A DNA stretch of 51,214 nucleotides, taken from contig NC_069002.1 of the NCBI RefSeq assembly GCF_001194135.2, positions 18,886,340 through 18,937,553 of the forward strand. The letters are read 5' to 3'. Under the pieces are notes generated by a model. That model was not told where the DNA came from and ran no database searches. It saw only the letters and a list, made by a program, of their open reading frames with translations. The DNA comes from Octopus bimaculoides. Its lineage: Eukaryota. The translations under genes and the position numbers were made by a program. Positions 12,580 through 24,561 of this stretch are shown piece after piece (position 1 is the stretch's first letter; each line of letters begins with the position of its first letter).

Positions 12580-12959
12580 GAGATAGAGAATAGGAAGCCA
12601 GACATAGTCTTAATGGAGAAAGAAATCAAACTATGCCCAGCTGACAACAAGGTATGCGATAAAGACGAAAGAAAAGTCGATAGATATGACAGGTTAGCTT
12701 GGGAGGTTAAGCAGCTGAGGTCGATGAAAAAGGTGGTAGTAGTACTAATAATTGTCGGAGCACTGGGAACAGTGAGTAAAAATTTTGAGAAGTACATGGA
12801 ACAAATAGGGGCTGCAATAAGGGTGGAGAAAACAGCACTGCGTGGAACCGCTCTAATGCTCCGGAAGGTACTCGAAAAATAAGGGGTGTTACCTTAGTTC
12901 ACTGGTAATGAACAGGTGACACCGTAGTACATCTCCAGCATTAGAAGCAGTGCAAATAC

Positions 12960-12960
<1 letters not shown>
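12580..12960 (+). mobile_element. R4/Dong LINE, 5'-truncated (RLE domain plus 3' UTR)
   Basis: RKPDIVLMEKE...CPADNKV...KVDRYDRLAWEV...IIVGALGTVSK...TALRGTALMLRKVLE. (TAA)n on both sides (12522-12579, 12961-12998). Confidence 0.9.
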
Positions 12961-12998
<38 letters not shown>

Positions 12999-13759
12999 CG
13001 CCGTCGCGCCACTGATGGTGAGTAGCGCATAGCAACAGTTAGGAGTTTGTTTACACCAACGCATGAAACGTCGATTGCACCAACGTTTGGAGAGTGACTA
13101 CAGCTGCTACATAACACTAGGGAATTTGAATTGCTTAATGGAACCTACATCACTGGACTTCTCTCAAACTGATTTTTTTTCTTCTGTAGATGGACTTTTG
13201 CCTGAAGATGGATTTATTAATATTAAACATTCGACATTGTCAGGAGCTTTCTATTTTCCCTCTTTTTACCTTTTTCATACATACATACATCCATACATCC
13301 ATACACATCCACATATATATTTTATGACCAAAATAGTAAAATATAAAAAGAACTATAAACAGATTTACACAATCTGCTAAAATGGTTTGCGATTCATTTC
13401 TATATATTTCTCAACCTGCACCAATTTCTTTGCTTCTTTGACTGCAATTTATATTTCTGCCTATACACTTATTGTTGTTATTGTTCTGGCCGTGGAATTT
13501 TGGTTCCAAAAGCCAGTGTATCATTTTTTGGCCATTCCACAGCAGCTGATTCTATTTCTCGAAGCATTTACATATTTATGCCATTTTCTATCTTGATTAA
13601 CGTCCAAATATTATTCATTGACATTTTAAATATGGTTGCAGTGGAATTTTTTTTACTATTTATGCCAGTGTACAGAGAAGTGATGGTGTGTGCGTGTGTA
13701 TGTATGTATAAGTGTGTGGTTGTATAAGATACACACACGCACACACGCGCGCGCACACA

Positions 13760-13800
13760 TATATATATATAGATAGATAGATAGACAGACCGACTGACAG

Positions 13801-13879
<79 letters not shown>

Positions 13880-13944
13880 TAGATCAATAGATAAATAGAC
13901 AAACAGACAAACAAACAGACAGATTGATAAATAGGCAGAAGATC

Positions 13945-13994
<50 letters not shown>

Positions 13995-14030
13995 CAGACA
14001 GATAGATCTATAGATAGATATATATATATA
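13760..14030. repeat. Compound (TAGA)n/(TA)n microsatellite
   Basis: Directly visible. Confidence 0.95.
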
Positions 14031-14171
14031 TGTATTGAAATATAGAGGCCACAGATATATTTATGCAAGAAGACAATCTGGCACAAAAAAATAACTAAGC
14101 GCAAAATTCTACACAAATTCATTTATATTCATTTGAATATGTGCACCGCCCATATAAATCTGTGTGTGTGT

Positions 14172-14228
<57 letters not shown>

Positions 14229-14999
14229 TGCACATATATATAAAGGCAGTGATAACGTTTACAATAAAAGCGTTTCTTTCAATTCTGCTTTAACCTGAAG
14301 CTAGTTTATTTCTCATAACACAAGCATAACAGAAAAGAAAAAGAAACCGAAAAAAAAAAAAAAAATGGTTTGTTTCGAAGTTCTTAATTGCTTCCCTGAA
14401 ACAATCCCAAGGCTGGAGCTGGTGTGATGTTTAGATAAGAATTTACCCTGGAAAGTTGTTTTCTTCTATATTTTATCGTTATTAGACTGTCAAGAGACAA
14501 TGTCACCGAAAATTGAGTAGGTGAGAGTGGTACATACCATGTGTATCAGTAAACGCACGCACACACACACACACACACAGATGTTTGCATACATATGTAT
14601 GTCTGTATGCATGTTTGTATGCTTATATGTATGCATGTATATATGTGTCTGTGTGTATACATTTGAAGAAACATATGCTTGGGTATTTTGTATCATATAA
14701 AATTTCTGTACGTTTTTCAAATGAATTTGATATAATGCATCTTAAATTTAAATAAACACCGCACACAGATTCAGGATTCAGATCCGTATATGTTTTTGCG
14801 CATATACACACGTGCGTATATGCATGTAAGTATATGTACGTACACACACATATAAGCATAAAATCTGTAGGTATGAGTGGAGAATACATACATATCTATT
14901 TAACTACGTGACAGCCATCAATAGATTTGGTTAAACCCAGTTGGCATCAGGGTTCCTTTTAACAATCCCTTACGTGGATAGTGCTTCCTCAAATTCTCA

Positions 15000-15049
<50 letters not shown>

Positions 15050-15324
15050 ACTTGGGGATGGTCATATTGCCAGTTTAGCCAATAAAAACACACGCACTGT
15101 ATATTTGGTGTTAATTTGCTTCAGCTTTATATTACATTAATCTTAATCTTATTTCGGCCAGAGTTCTTTCGTTACACTTCTGTGACCTCATCAGTGGTCC
15201 TTTGTTTCCTTCTTTCTTATGTGTGTCTCACCTTGCTAACTATCAGCCATTTTGTATTTTGTATTCCTATTGTATGTGTCTACGCATGCGTGTCCTTCAA
15301 TGTGTCTGTATATATATATATATA

Positions 15325-15579
15325 AAAGCTGCAAAATATTCACGGAGCTGTTGTTATTCACAGTTTCCCATTCGCGCTCGTCAGACAGTTATGGTGAATA
15401 CTGAAGTTTAGATTATAATTGTGCAAGTAATATAATTTTGTTTGTTGTATAACAAATAACAAACAAAATGATATTTCTCGCACAGTTATAATCTAAACTG
15501 CAGTATTCACCATTACTATCTGACGAACGCAAACATGACACTTTGAGTAACAACAGTTATGTGAATATTTTGCAGCTTT
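15325..15579. mobile_element. Fold-back (MITE-like) palindromic element
   Basis: 15325-15426 pairs with 15477-15579 with about 16 mismatches in 103 nt. The inner segment also pairs (ATTTTGTTTGTT/AACAAACAAAAT). Left end abuts (TA)n. Confidence 0.8.
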
Positions 15580-16210
15580 GTAATAAAGCATTTTACTGTA
15601 CCCTAGATATTCGATCATTATTTTCCTCAATATTTTGCACTTATGTGCCTACATGTGTGTGAGTACACACACACACACACACACGAGCGCGCGCTAATAT
15701 ATGTACACAAGACCACAGATATAATACTCACAAAAGAAGTAGTTTTAACCACACTTAGCTAATTAAGATATATTTAGAAAATAATCAAAAATAGTTCTCT
15801 GTTGATAAAAAAAAAATCCATTCCTTCAACCCAATTAAGTGAAAAAAATCCCCTTAGAAAGAAGGTCGTATTATTGGTCAATAATCACCAACAGATTCTT
15901 ATGATTGATGATGTGAGCAGAGTTGACAGCATTCATCTTGAAGTGTCGAACATAGGCAGAAAGTGAGTGGATGGTCTCTGTGGATCATTCGAAGAGCCTC
16001 AGTGGTTGGCGTTCTCATTGGCGGCTGCTGGGACGAACTTTAATCGCACTCTGGCATTTGTTGTGCTTTTAGCACAACAAGCTCATAAGAGAAAGCTTAT
16101 CTCGGGAGAAATACAGCAATAATTGACCAATCAATAGTATGTGTACTTTTTGTATGCTGCATAGATAGCTATTTTAATTTAATACTGCATTTCATGCGCA
16201 TAATGCACTT

Positions 16211-16282
<72 letters not shown>

Positions 16283-16624
16283 TGAGAGAGAGAGAGAGAG
16301 ATAGAGAGATGGATATGAATACATAAACTTAAATATATATACATGCATATACACACAAGCACACAATAATGCCTGTTTAATTATTTTTTCAGTGCTGATT
16401 ACATTCTTTCAAATTATTTCTAACTCTCTCGATTTCTCAAGTATAACACCCTCTGCACGCACATACGCGCGCGCACAAACACACACAAACACACACGCGC
16501 GCGCGCGCATGCACACGCACACACAATCACATATATGTAAACCTTTTTTATGTTTTGGGGCTTCTACAAGTAGCATCTAAATAAAGAAGAGAGTTATGGG
16601 ATAAACAACAACGGAAACTATCAG

Positions 16625-16682
16625 GGGCAGAGAGAGAGGAAGATAGAGAGAAGGAGAGAGAGAGAGAGAGAGAGAGGAAGAT

Positions 16683-16735
<53 letters not shown>

Positions 16736-16750
16736 GATTGAGAGAGAGAG
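16625..16750. repeat. (GA)n microsatellite
   Basis: Directly visible. Confidence 0.95.
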
Positions 16751-18150
16751 AGGGGGGAACGAGAGGGAAGGAGAGAAAGGACTAAGAAAAAGTGAATGAA
16801 GGAAGAATAAAACTATGCATGAATAAATTTGAATGGATAATTGCTGGAAGTTAATAAAAGGCGAACATTTAGAAAACAGACCAAGAAATGGAAAAACAAA
16901 ATTCTATACAAAATCCTGTTTTATTGGCGAAACAAAAAAACAGTTGAAAGTCATTTAAAAATCAGATTCTCCAGTATTAAGGACGGTGCCATCTATTTTG
17001 GAAGGAATATCTCTGTAGACTCACGCGAGTGTGTGTGTCGGGTGTATGTGTGAGTATGTGTAAGTGTGCGAGTTGTGTGTGCGTTTTGTTTGTATGTGTG
17101 TGTATATTGCATATGTGTATGTGTGTGAATAATTATTTTCTGTCTTTTCTTTTGTTGATCAATGAGCATTTAATTGACTTTCGTTTCAATTAGTTGAAGG
17201 GTTAAAACAAAAGGAAGCAAATGAAATCTCTTATAACAAACGGCAACAACAGGGACAACAAGTTCAACAACAGCAACAACAACAATAACAACATCAACAA
17301 CTGTGTTTGGGACAACAACGAAATCAGTAACAAATTTGAATTTTTTTTCTTATTCCATCTCCTTGTCATCAGAAATAGCTTTGAGAATATTTACACGTGG
17401 ATAACCCTTTGAAAGGTGGAACTGAAGTTTCTAAGATTATAAGAATACAGCCACAGTAACAATAGCAACAGCATCAATAGCAGAAATAGCAACAGCAATA
17501 TATAACTTCAGAGATAAAACAATAGCAAGAACAATAACTGCAGCAGCAACAACAAATAGAATCGCTCCGTCAATTCCGGTTAAGTCCTTATTCCATGCGC
17601 AAGACTAACAAGTAGGTACAGTTGCTACAATTTGTAGTGGGTCGTAGGGATAATAGCTATTGTAGCAATTGCATGTTTAGTAATTAAAATAATTACTACT
17701 GTCTAAACAGTTTTTAATTATTATTTTTAATTTCAATCCAAGGTCACAATTTATGGAGAGATAATCGATTATATCGGTACCGCTGCAAAACTCGAGCTCA
17801 GTGAAATTTGAACTCAGATCCCAAAAGGTCGTAATTAAATACAGCAAGACATTTTACCCGATGTTGTATTGACTTTACTTACCTCGAGTACTAATAATGG
17901 AAAAGATAAGAAGGAGCAGCATGAAGCGGAGTAGGAGGAGGATTTATAATAGAGGAAAATGACGGCTTCCAAAAGTATAAAGTCTTAAATATGCTGGGGA
18001 GAAGGTGCATATTAAGTCGGGCGATCGACCCTAGGACCTGACTGGTACGTTATCTTATTGAATAAGATTTAAATCGGAGTTGAGCTCGCATGCTGTTAAC
18101 GATTATAAAAGTTTTGTTCAGCCACATGTCTAATACATATAAATAATAAT

Positions 18151-18385
18151 CCTTTCTAGTCCCATCCCCACAAAATTTCAGGCAAAAGGCCTGAAAATTT
18201 GGCGGGAGGGGACTAGTCGATTACATCGATCCCAGTGTTTCACGGGTACTTAATTTATCGACCCCGAAAAGATGAAAGGCGAAGTTGACTTCGGCGGAAT
18301 TTGAACTCAGATCGTGCAAACGGACGCAATGCCGCAAAGCATTTTACCCGGCGTGCTAACGACCCCGCCAGCTCGCTGCTTTAAT
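18151..18385 (+). mobile_element. Non-coding TAA-associated SINE-like element, copy 1
   Basis: AAGGCCTGAAA...CGACCCCGAAAAGATGAAAGGCGAAGTTGACTTCGGCGGAATTTGAACTCAGA...GCCAGCTCGC. Homologous copies at 18395, 30239, 30525 (-), 43655 and 48225 (-). Flanked by TAA repeats. Confidence 0.8.
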
Positions 18386-18394
18386 AATAATGGC

Positions 18395-18608
18395 AAGAAT
18401 ATTGGTTTTAAATTTTGGGACAAGGCCAGCAATTTTGGCCGATTACATCGATTGCCAGTAATTAACTGGTACTTATTTTTCTCGACTCCGAAAGGATGAA
18501 AGGAAAGTTGACCTCGGCGGAGTTTGATCTTAGAAGGTAAAGACGGACGGAATGCCGCTGAGAATTTTTCCCGGCATGCTAATGATTCTGCCAGCACACC
18601 ACCTTAAT
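18395..18608 (+). mobile_element. TAA-associated SINE-like element, copy 2 (tandem)
   Basis: Homologous to 18151-18385 and followed by (TAA)n to about 18676. Confidence 0.8.
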
Positions 18609-18614
18609 GATAAC

Positions 18615-18676
<62 letters not shown>

Positions 18677-18943
18677 GTATGATTGTAGTGGTGGTGGTGG
18701 TGGTGGTGGTGATAATGATGATGATGATAACAGGAGGAGCAAATTATCAATATCTTTATTCCAGAATATTGTAGAATGAAAGGTAAAGAGCACGAAAAGA
18801 ATGGGTTGTAAGGGCAACTAAGAGCAGGAAATTTGTGAGGGATGAATCAGGCTTTAACGGCTCCAGTGATGATGTTGAAGGGACAGTTTCGAGGACTGTA
18901 AATAAGGAATGTAATCGAATATATTGACTCTACCATATTACTA

Positions 18944-19212
18944 GTGAAGGCGCGTGGCTCGGTGGTCAGAACGTCGGGCTCACAACCATGATGTTGCGAG
19001 TTCAATTCACGGGCCGGGCTGTGTTTTGTGTTCTTGAGAAAGACACTTTATTTTATGCTGCTCCCGTTCACTCAGCGGCAGAAATGAGTTACGACGTCAC
19101 TGGTGCCAAGCTGTAGCAACATTTGCTTTTCTCTTGTATAACATCGGTCTTCCATATACAACCTTGCCAGACTTGTATCTCAGAGGGTGACTTTCTAGGT
19201 GCAATCTCATGT
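18944..19212 (+). mobile_element. tRNA-derived SINE
   Basis: Head TGGCTCGGTGGTC...GAGTTCAATTC. Homologous to the reverse-strand copy at 21152-21490. Confidence 0.85.
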
Positions 19213-19711
19213 AATATATTATAAAGACCGAAGCGGGTCTTTATGGTATATTACTGGTATTTATTTTATTCACACTGTATGATTACTCCCACTTATTCAT
19301 TTGAAACACGTTAATGTTTAAACCCATTGCTTTTCATCTGAGAATGTGAAAGAACATAAGCTAGAAATTGCAGAAATAGTTGCGAAAATCAAGGTCATGG
19401 CAGCTTCCATTTATCTAGAAGAAACCAATGAAAATCTAGCTTCTCAAGCCCAACAAATACAAAATACATTGCGAAACTAGCTATTCTGGGTAGAAAATAT
19501 AGACACGACAGTGAAAACTGCAGGAGCTCAGAGGGGCTGCTCTAAATCTCAGAATAACAACGAAATTTCTTTTAAACCCTTGCGACTGACTTTATAATAA
19601 AACCGATAATATATTCGATGTAAGTTGTGATATTTGATGAGTGAAACTGGTTATAGATTCATAAATGAAAATTTATATTGGAAATATAACTTTTTGTGAG
19701 TCGGAGTAAAA

Positions 19712-20115
19712 CACTTTATGATAGTGTGAACCGTATCATCACGTTTTGTTGTGAAGTGTCTTCAGCTGTAGTTAAAGTACTGAAAGAAGGGACCGCTGAG
19801 TATCGCACAGAAATATTTCGGATTTCGAAGAAATTAGTTAGTTGTCAGAAGGTACGTATAGTAGAAGTCAACGCCATCTGTAGATGAACATTTACGACAC
19901 AAGAGACTCCATCACTTTATGATAGTGTGAACCGTATCATCACGTTTTGTGAAGTGTCTACAGCTGCAGTTATAGTACTGAAAGAAGAGACCGCTGAGTA
20001 TCGCACAGAAATATTTCGGGTTTCGAAGAAATTAGTGAGTTGTCGGAAGGTACGTATAGTAGAAGTCAGTGCCATCTGTAGATGAACATTTACGACACAA
20101 GAGACTCCATCACTT
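19712..20115. repeat. Tandem duplication of a ~200-bp unit
   Basis: Units start at 19712 and 19913 (201 and 198 bp), with about 10 substitutions and a 3-bp indel. Bounded by CACTT. Confidence 0.95.
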
Positions 20116-21151
20116 GATAACTTGTTATTTGTAACATCTCGGCTCGTTAACATGTCGGAACACAATCACTCACTTTAAGGATAGCAGCTGAAAACAACAA
20201 GATTAAATGAACAAACATACAATATATGAAGAAAAAATAATAGATTTATATAATCCAGACTTTATACAGCTAAGAAACGATGGTATGCGTCGACTGTAAG
20301 AGAATATAGACAACTTAGTAACCACAGGAATGGTATTATGGTAGATTGACAGAATGGCGCTGGTAAGCCAATAAAAGACTGATAATAGTGATTGATAATA
20401 GTGTGTGGTGTTTGCGTAAGAATCAGATATGTTTATGTAGGGGCTGGTTACTTTGCTTTGGAGTGAAGCGATCCTCGAATGAAAAAAAAATAATGAAATA
20501 TCAAACTAACGAAAAAAACAAGGAAGACAGATTAAAGAAATGGGAGTAGTTGTGGATGGAAAGCATGACAGCATGGTTAAGGGATTAGTTTCGAAACCTT
20601 GTAGTTTTCGGATCTATTCCATAGATCGGTATCACATAAACATGATTTCTATTGTTGTCTTGGATTCATGTATATCTTTCGAGTTTATAACGGCCAAAGC
20701 CATCTGTGCAGAAACATTCACATATACATGTATATCCTGTGGACACATACATATGCATGAGCATGTATTCGTAAGTATACATACATAGCCATGCATGCAT
20801 ATAAATATATATATATATATATATATANNNNNNNNNNNNNNNNNNNNNNNNNNNNNNNNNNNNNNNNNNNNNNNNNNNNNNNNNNNNNNNNNNNNNNNNN
20901 NNNNNNNNNNNNNNNNNNNNNNNNNNNNNNNNNTATATAGATATATATATATACACTTCAGTAATATAACTACACACGTGCTGTTGGCGATTTCTTTTCC
21001 TTTCCGACGAAGAGCTATGCTTAAAACGTCAAACTCTCTCTTTTTACCGAGTGTCAAACTAATAATTTCTTGTGCAAGTCCTCCTGTTGTCTGTTAATTT
21101 TGTTATTCGATTATTTGAATTGACTATATATATATGTGTGTGTATATATGA

Positions 21152-21490
21152 GGAGACCCCCTTCAGTCAATGACCATGTGATTGCACCTAGAAAATTACC
21201 CTCCGAGGCACAAGTTTGGGCAAGGTTGTTTTTGTGAAAGACCAGTAGTCGCCCATGCATACCGGCCTTCCCTCTTCACACCACTGATGTTATCCAAGGA
21301 TAAGGCAAAGGGGCCGATACAGCTTGACACCAGTGATGACGCAACTCATTTCTACAGCTGAATTAACTGGAGCAACGTGAAGTAAAGTGTCTTGATCAAG
21401 AACACAACACGCAGCCCGGTCCGGGAATCGAACACACAACCTCACGATCGTAAGCTCCACGATCTAACCACTGAGCCATGCACTTTCACA
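21152..21490 (-). mobile_element. tRNA-derived SINE, near full length
   Basis: Minus-strand head TGGCTCAGTGGTTAGA...GTGTTCGATTCCC (A and B boxes). Same family as 18944-19212. Confidence 0.85.
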
Positions 21491-21730
21491 TATGTGTCTG
21501 TATATATATANNNNNNNNNNNNNNNNNNNNNNNNNNNNNNNNNNNNNNNNNNNNNNNNNNNNNNNNNNNNNNNNNNNNNNNNNNNNNNNNNNNNNNNNNN
21601 NNNNNNNNNNNNNNNNNNNNNNNNNNNNNNNNNNNNNNNNNNNNNNNNNNNNNNNNNNNNNNNNNNNATATATATATATGCATGTACATATATATATATA
21701 TATATATACATGTACGTGTGTGTGCCTGAG

Positions 21731-21856
21731 TGAACTGAGCAGCGTCAAAGGAAGTGTTCTCCTGAAGAATACAACTCAGCACTCTGTCTGGTAATCGACA
21801 ACGTGATCTAACGATCGTGACTTCAGCATCCTAACTGTTGGACCATGCACCTTCAC
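21731..21856 (-). mobile_element. tRNA-derived SINE 5' fragment, diverged
   Basis: Diverged homologue of the 5' part of 21152-21490. Confidence 0.65.
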
Positions 21857-22029
21857 ACACACACACGCACACACAAAGCTGAATAAAACTTGAGGAAAAT
21901 CCTTGTGGTATACTGTACAGTTATTGCTAACTGGATATCATCATGCAGTGGGGATAGTCCTGTCACTCGGTATACAACTAAAATTCCATAATATCTGTAG
22001 AGTTTATACTTGTTTGCTCGCTTACTTAA

Positions 22030-22600
22030 GACGGCCTATCAAAGGTGATTTCAGCGTCAACCCAACATTCATCTTCCTCTTCCTCCAGCACATTGCTTCC
22101 CATTTAATCAGACGTGTCTGACAAGACCGAAATGAGATAGGCAGAACCTGTAGCGCTGAGGGCACTGAATGTGACCCCGAACAATTGCCACGGGGGCTTG
22201 ATGACGACGTCTCTTTCTCTCTTCAGCCAATCTTCTGTGTTTGGTTTCAAATCGTTCCCCTCCAGCATTCCACACCACCCGATTATGGGAGGGACATAAA
22301 TAAGAGATACCTTGAGATGATCACGCAAACTAACTTTTGGAAATCAATAGGGCCTACTTCCAGTCTGGATCTCGCTGAAGAGGATGGTCTTTAGGAGCCA
22401 GTTACCCGGCATCTGAATCACATGGTTAACCCAGAAGAGGAAACGACGAACGTCGCAGGCCTGAAAAGCTGTAGATCCCATCCCTCGGAAGGATTTCAGT
22501 ATGAGATACAGGTTCTTGTTCTGAAAGACTCGTTCGCTGAATTTCCCGAAAGATGCAGAGGCCAAGTTGATACGACGGAGCACCCCTTCATCAAAGAGAC
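22030..22600 (-). mobile_element. RTE-clade LINE, decayed 3' part
   Basis: LRRINLASASFGKFSERVFQNKNL, WVNHVIQMPGNWLLKTILFSEIQTGSRP, RDHLKVSL: the post-RT region of RTE elements, internally deleted. Confidence 0.75.
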
Positions 22601-23193
22601 CAATGTTTCAGAATGTGCTTCTAAAATGGTTAAATGATTCCTTCTGAGGCGGAGAAGCATTATTAGTAAGGGTGGGCTGAGGGTAAGTGAATACGAGAAG
22701 GCTGATTGAAGAAATTCACTTTATACAAAGTGATGAATAAAACAAAATGAATTGAATGACATTTATTTCATATGACTCTGATTGTTTCTATATATCGTCT
22801 CACCTGTTGTACATTGGTGAGATGACATAATTAACACACTGTGTAGTTACTGTTCTCCATCGCTGCTTCAAAATGTGTTTCGTCTGGTGATCATTTCCAA
22901 TTAGTCCTTCGTCAGATCAGTCTCTCATTTCAGTCCGTACAGTAATGAGTACCCAAAGCAGTGTGAAATTTTCAGTAATTTGCAGACAACAAAACCTGTA
23001 GATAAAATGACATCATCCAAAGAAACACATTTTCGCCTTTAGTGGATGCTATTAACTATGGAAAATGTTAATTGTCTCATCTCACAAATGTAGTATGGGT
23101 GTCGAAGCAATAAGAGTGATATGAACTAAAGAATGTCCTTCAGCACATTTTCTCATATTCAATCCCATTATAATCATATATACACATGAATGA

Positions 23194-23263
<70 letters not shown>

Positions 23264-23266
<3 letters not shown>

Positions 23267-24187
23267 TGTCATCGGTTAGTCTCGAAAGACTATGGATCTG
23301 CGCCTTGGACTGGATTGACGTTGCAGCATCGCTCGTGACTGAGAAGGCCAATGTGTGAGTGACAGTCACGGCTGCAACGGCTGCAAATGTGTTTGGTCGG
23401 TTGGTCATTTGTTGGTGGTTCGGTCTTCCTACGTCTCCGTCTGTCCTCCGCTGTCTGAGGTATGTAATCTTCTCCTTCCCTCAGGGTGGTATACAGCGTC
23501 TGTCTTCAACAGGAACGGTCTTTTGCCATGTTCTCCTTGGTTTTGGAATTCATATTAATGTCCTTCATATCACGTTTGCACACATCCTTGAAACGGAGAT
23601 GTGGTCGCCTTTGAGCCCGTCCTCCGGAGGCTAGCTCCCCATACAGTATATCCTTCTGTAACCTCCCATTAGGCATCCGGTGCACGTGTCACAGCGAGTG
23701 AAGACGGCGTTACCGAAGTTGTATGGAAGTTGTTAATAGCTAGGAACGGGTAAGTATCTCGCTGTTGGTTATGCGGTCGTTCCACTTGACCCCGAGAATA
23801 ATCCGAAGGTTGCACATATGGAAGGCATTCAGTCGGCGCTCTTGTCTGGCGTAAAAGCACCAGGTCTCGCCACCTTACAGCAAGGTGCTGAGGACACAGT
23901 ACTTTATAGACTGTGAATTTTTTAGATCTCGTCAGCTTGCCACACTTTTTGAGCTAGTTTGGCGAAGGTCTAAGCTGCTAACCCGATGCTTCTGATCAGC
24001 TCCTGGTCGAGTGTAAGGCCATCTGTAATTGTTGAGCCAAGGTATGTAAACTCACGGACCACGTCAAGTAAGTGGTTATCGATGGTAATGAGGAGGGGAT
24101 CCGAGACGCCTTGGCCCATTACTTTGGTCTTCTGTTCGCTGATTGTTAATCTGAAGGTACAGCACTTCCGGTTGAGATTGTCCATCA
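23264..24187 (-). mobile_element. RTE-clade LINE, 5'-truncated
   Basis: LTISEQKTKVMGQ...LDVVREFTYLGSTITD, RRLNAFHMCNLRIILGVKWNDRITNSEIL, KDILYGELASG...HLRFKDVCKRDMK. The 3' end abuts (TA)n. Confidence 0.9.
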
Positions 24188-24519
24188 TATATACACACGT
24201 ATATATGATGTGATCCGTGTATAAACCTGCTCGCCATTGTCCAATGTTTAAAAGAATGCTAGAGGACACCATGATAAGAATAGGATAAGGAACTCGCGGA
24301 CTTTGAGCTATCCACATTTATTAAGGAATGACTCGATAATATGGAGAATATTGTATATTTGTTCCATTTTACCTCTGTACAGATATCGTGTCTCTATCAA
24401 TATTAAATCAATTTGCACTAGTTTAATCTTTAAAGAATGTCGTCTATAATTTAATTTCTACTTTTGATCGCTTGATCGTTTTTTTACTTAAACACACACA
24501 CACATATTTTCTCTCTCTC

Positions 24520-24561
<42 letters not shown>

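Noticed and set aside
13200-13244. CTGAAGA...GACA...GTC hammerhead-like remnant; similar weak hits near 22840-22915 (-), 40025-40075 (-) and 49864
   Set aside because: Core or stems are too degenerate to distinguish from chance without a family consensus.
15895-15968. Possible exon ILMIDDVSRVDSIHLEVSNIGR ending at GTGAGT
   Set aside because: Poor acceptor, very short, and no recognisable family.
16058-16080. 10-bp perfect hairpin (also an 11-bp inverted repeat at 26294-26347)
   Set aside because: Short inverted repeats of this size can arise by chance in 51 kb, and bacterial-type terminators are irrelevant here.
19712-20115. CRISPR-like or satellite array
   Set aside because: Only two contiguous 200-bp units with no spacers, in a eukaryotic context.
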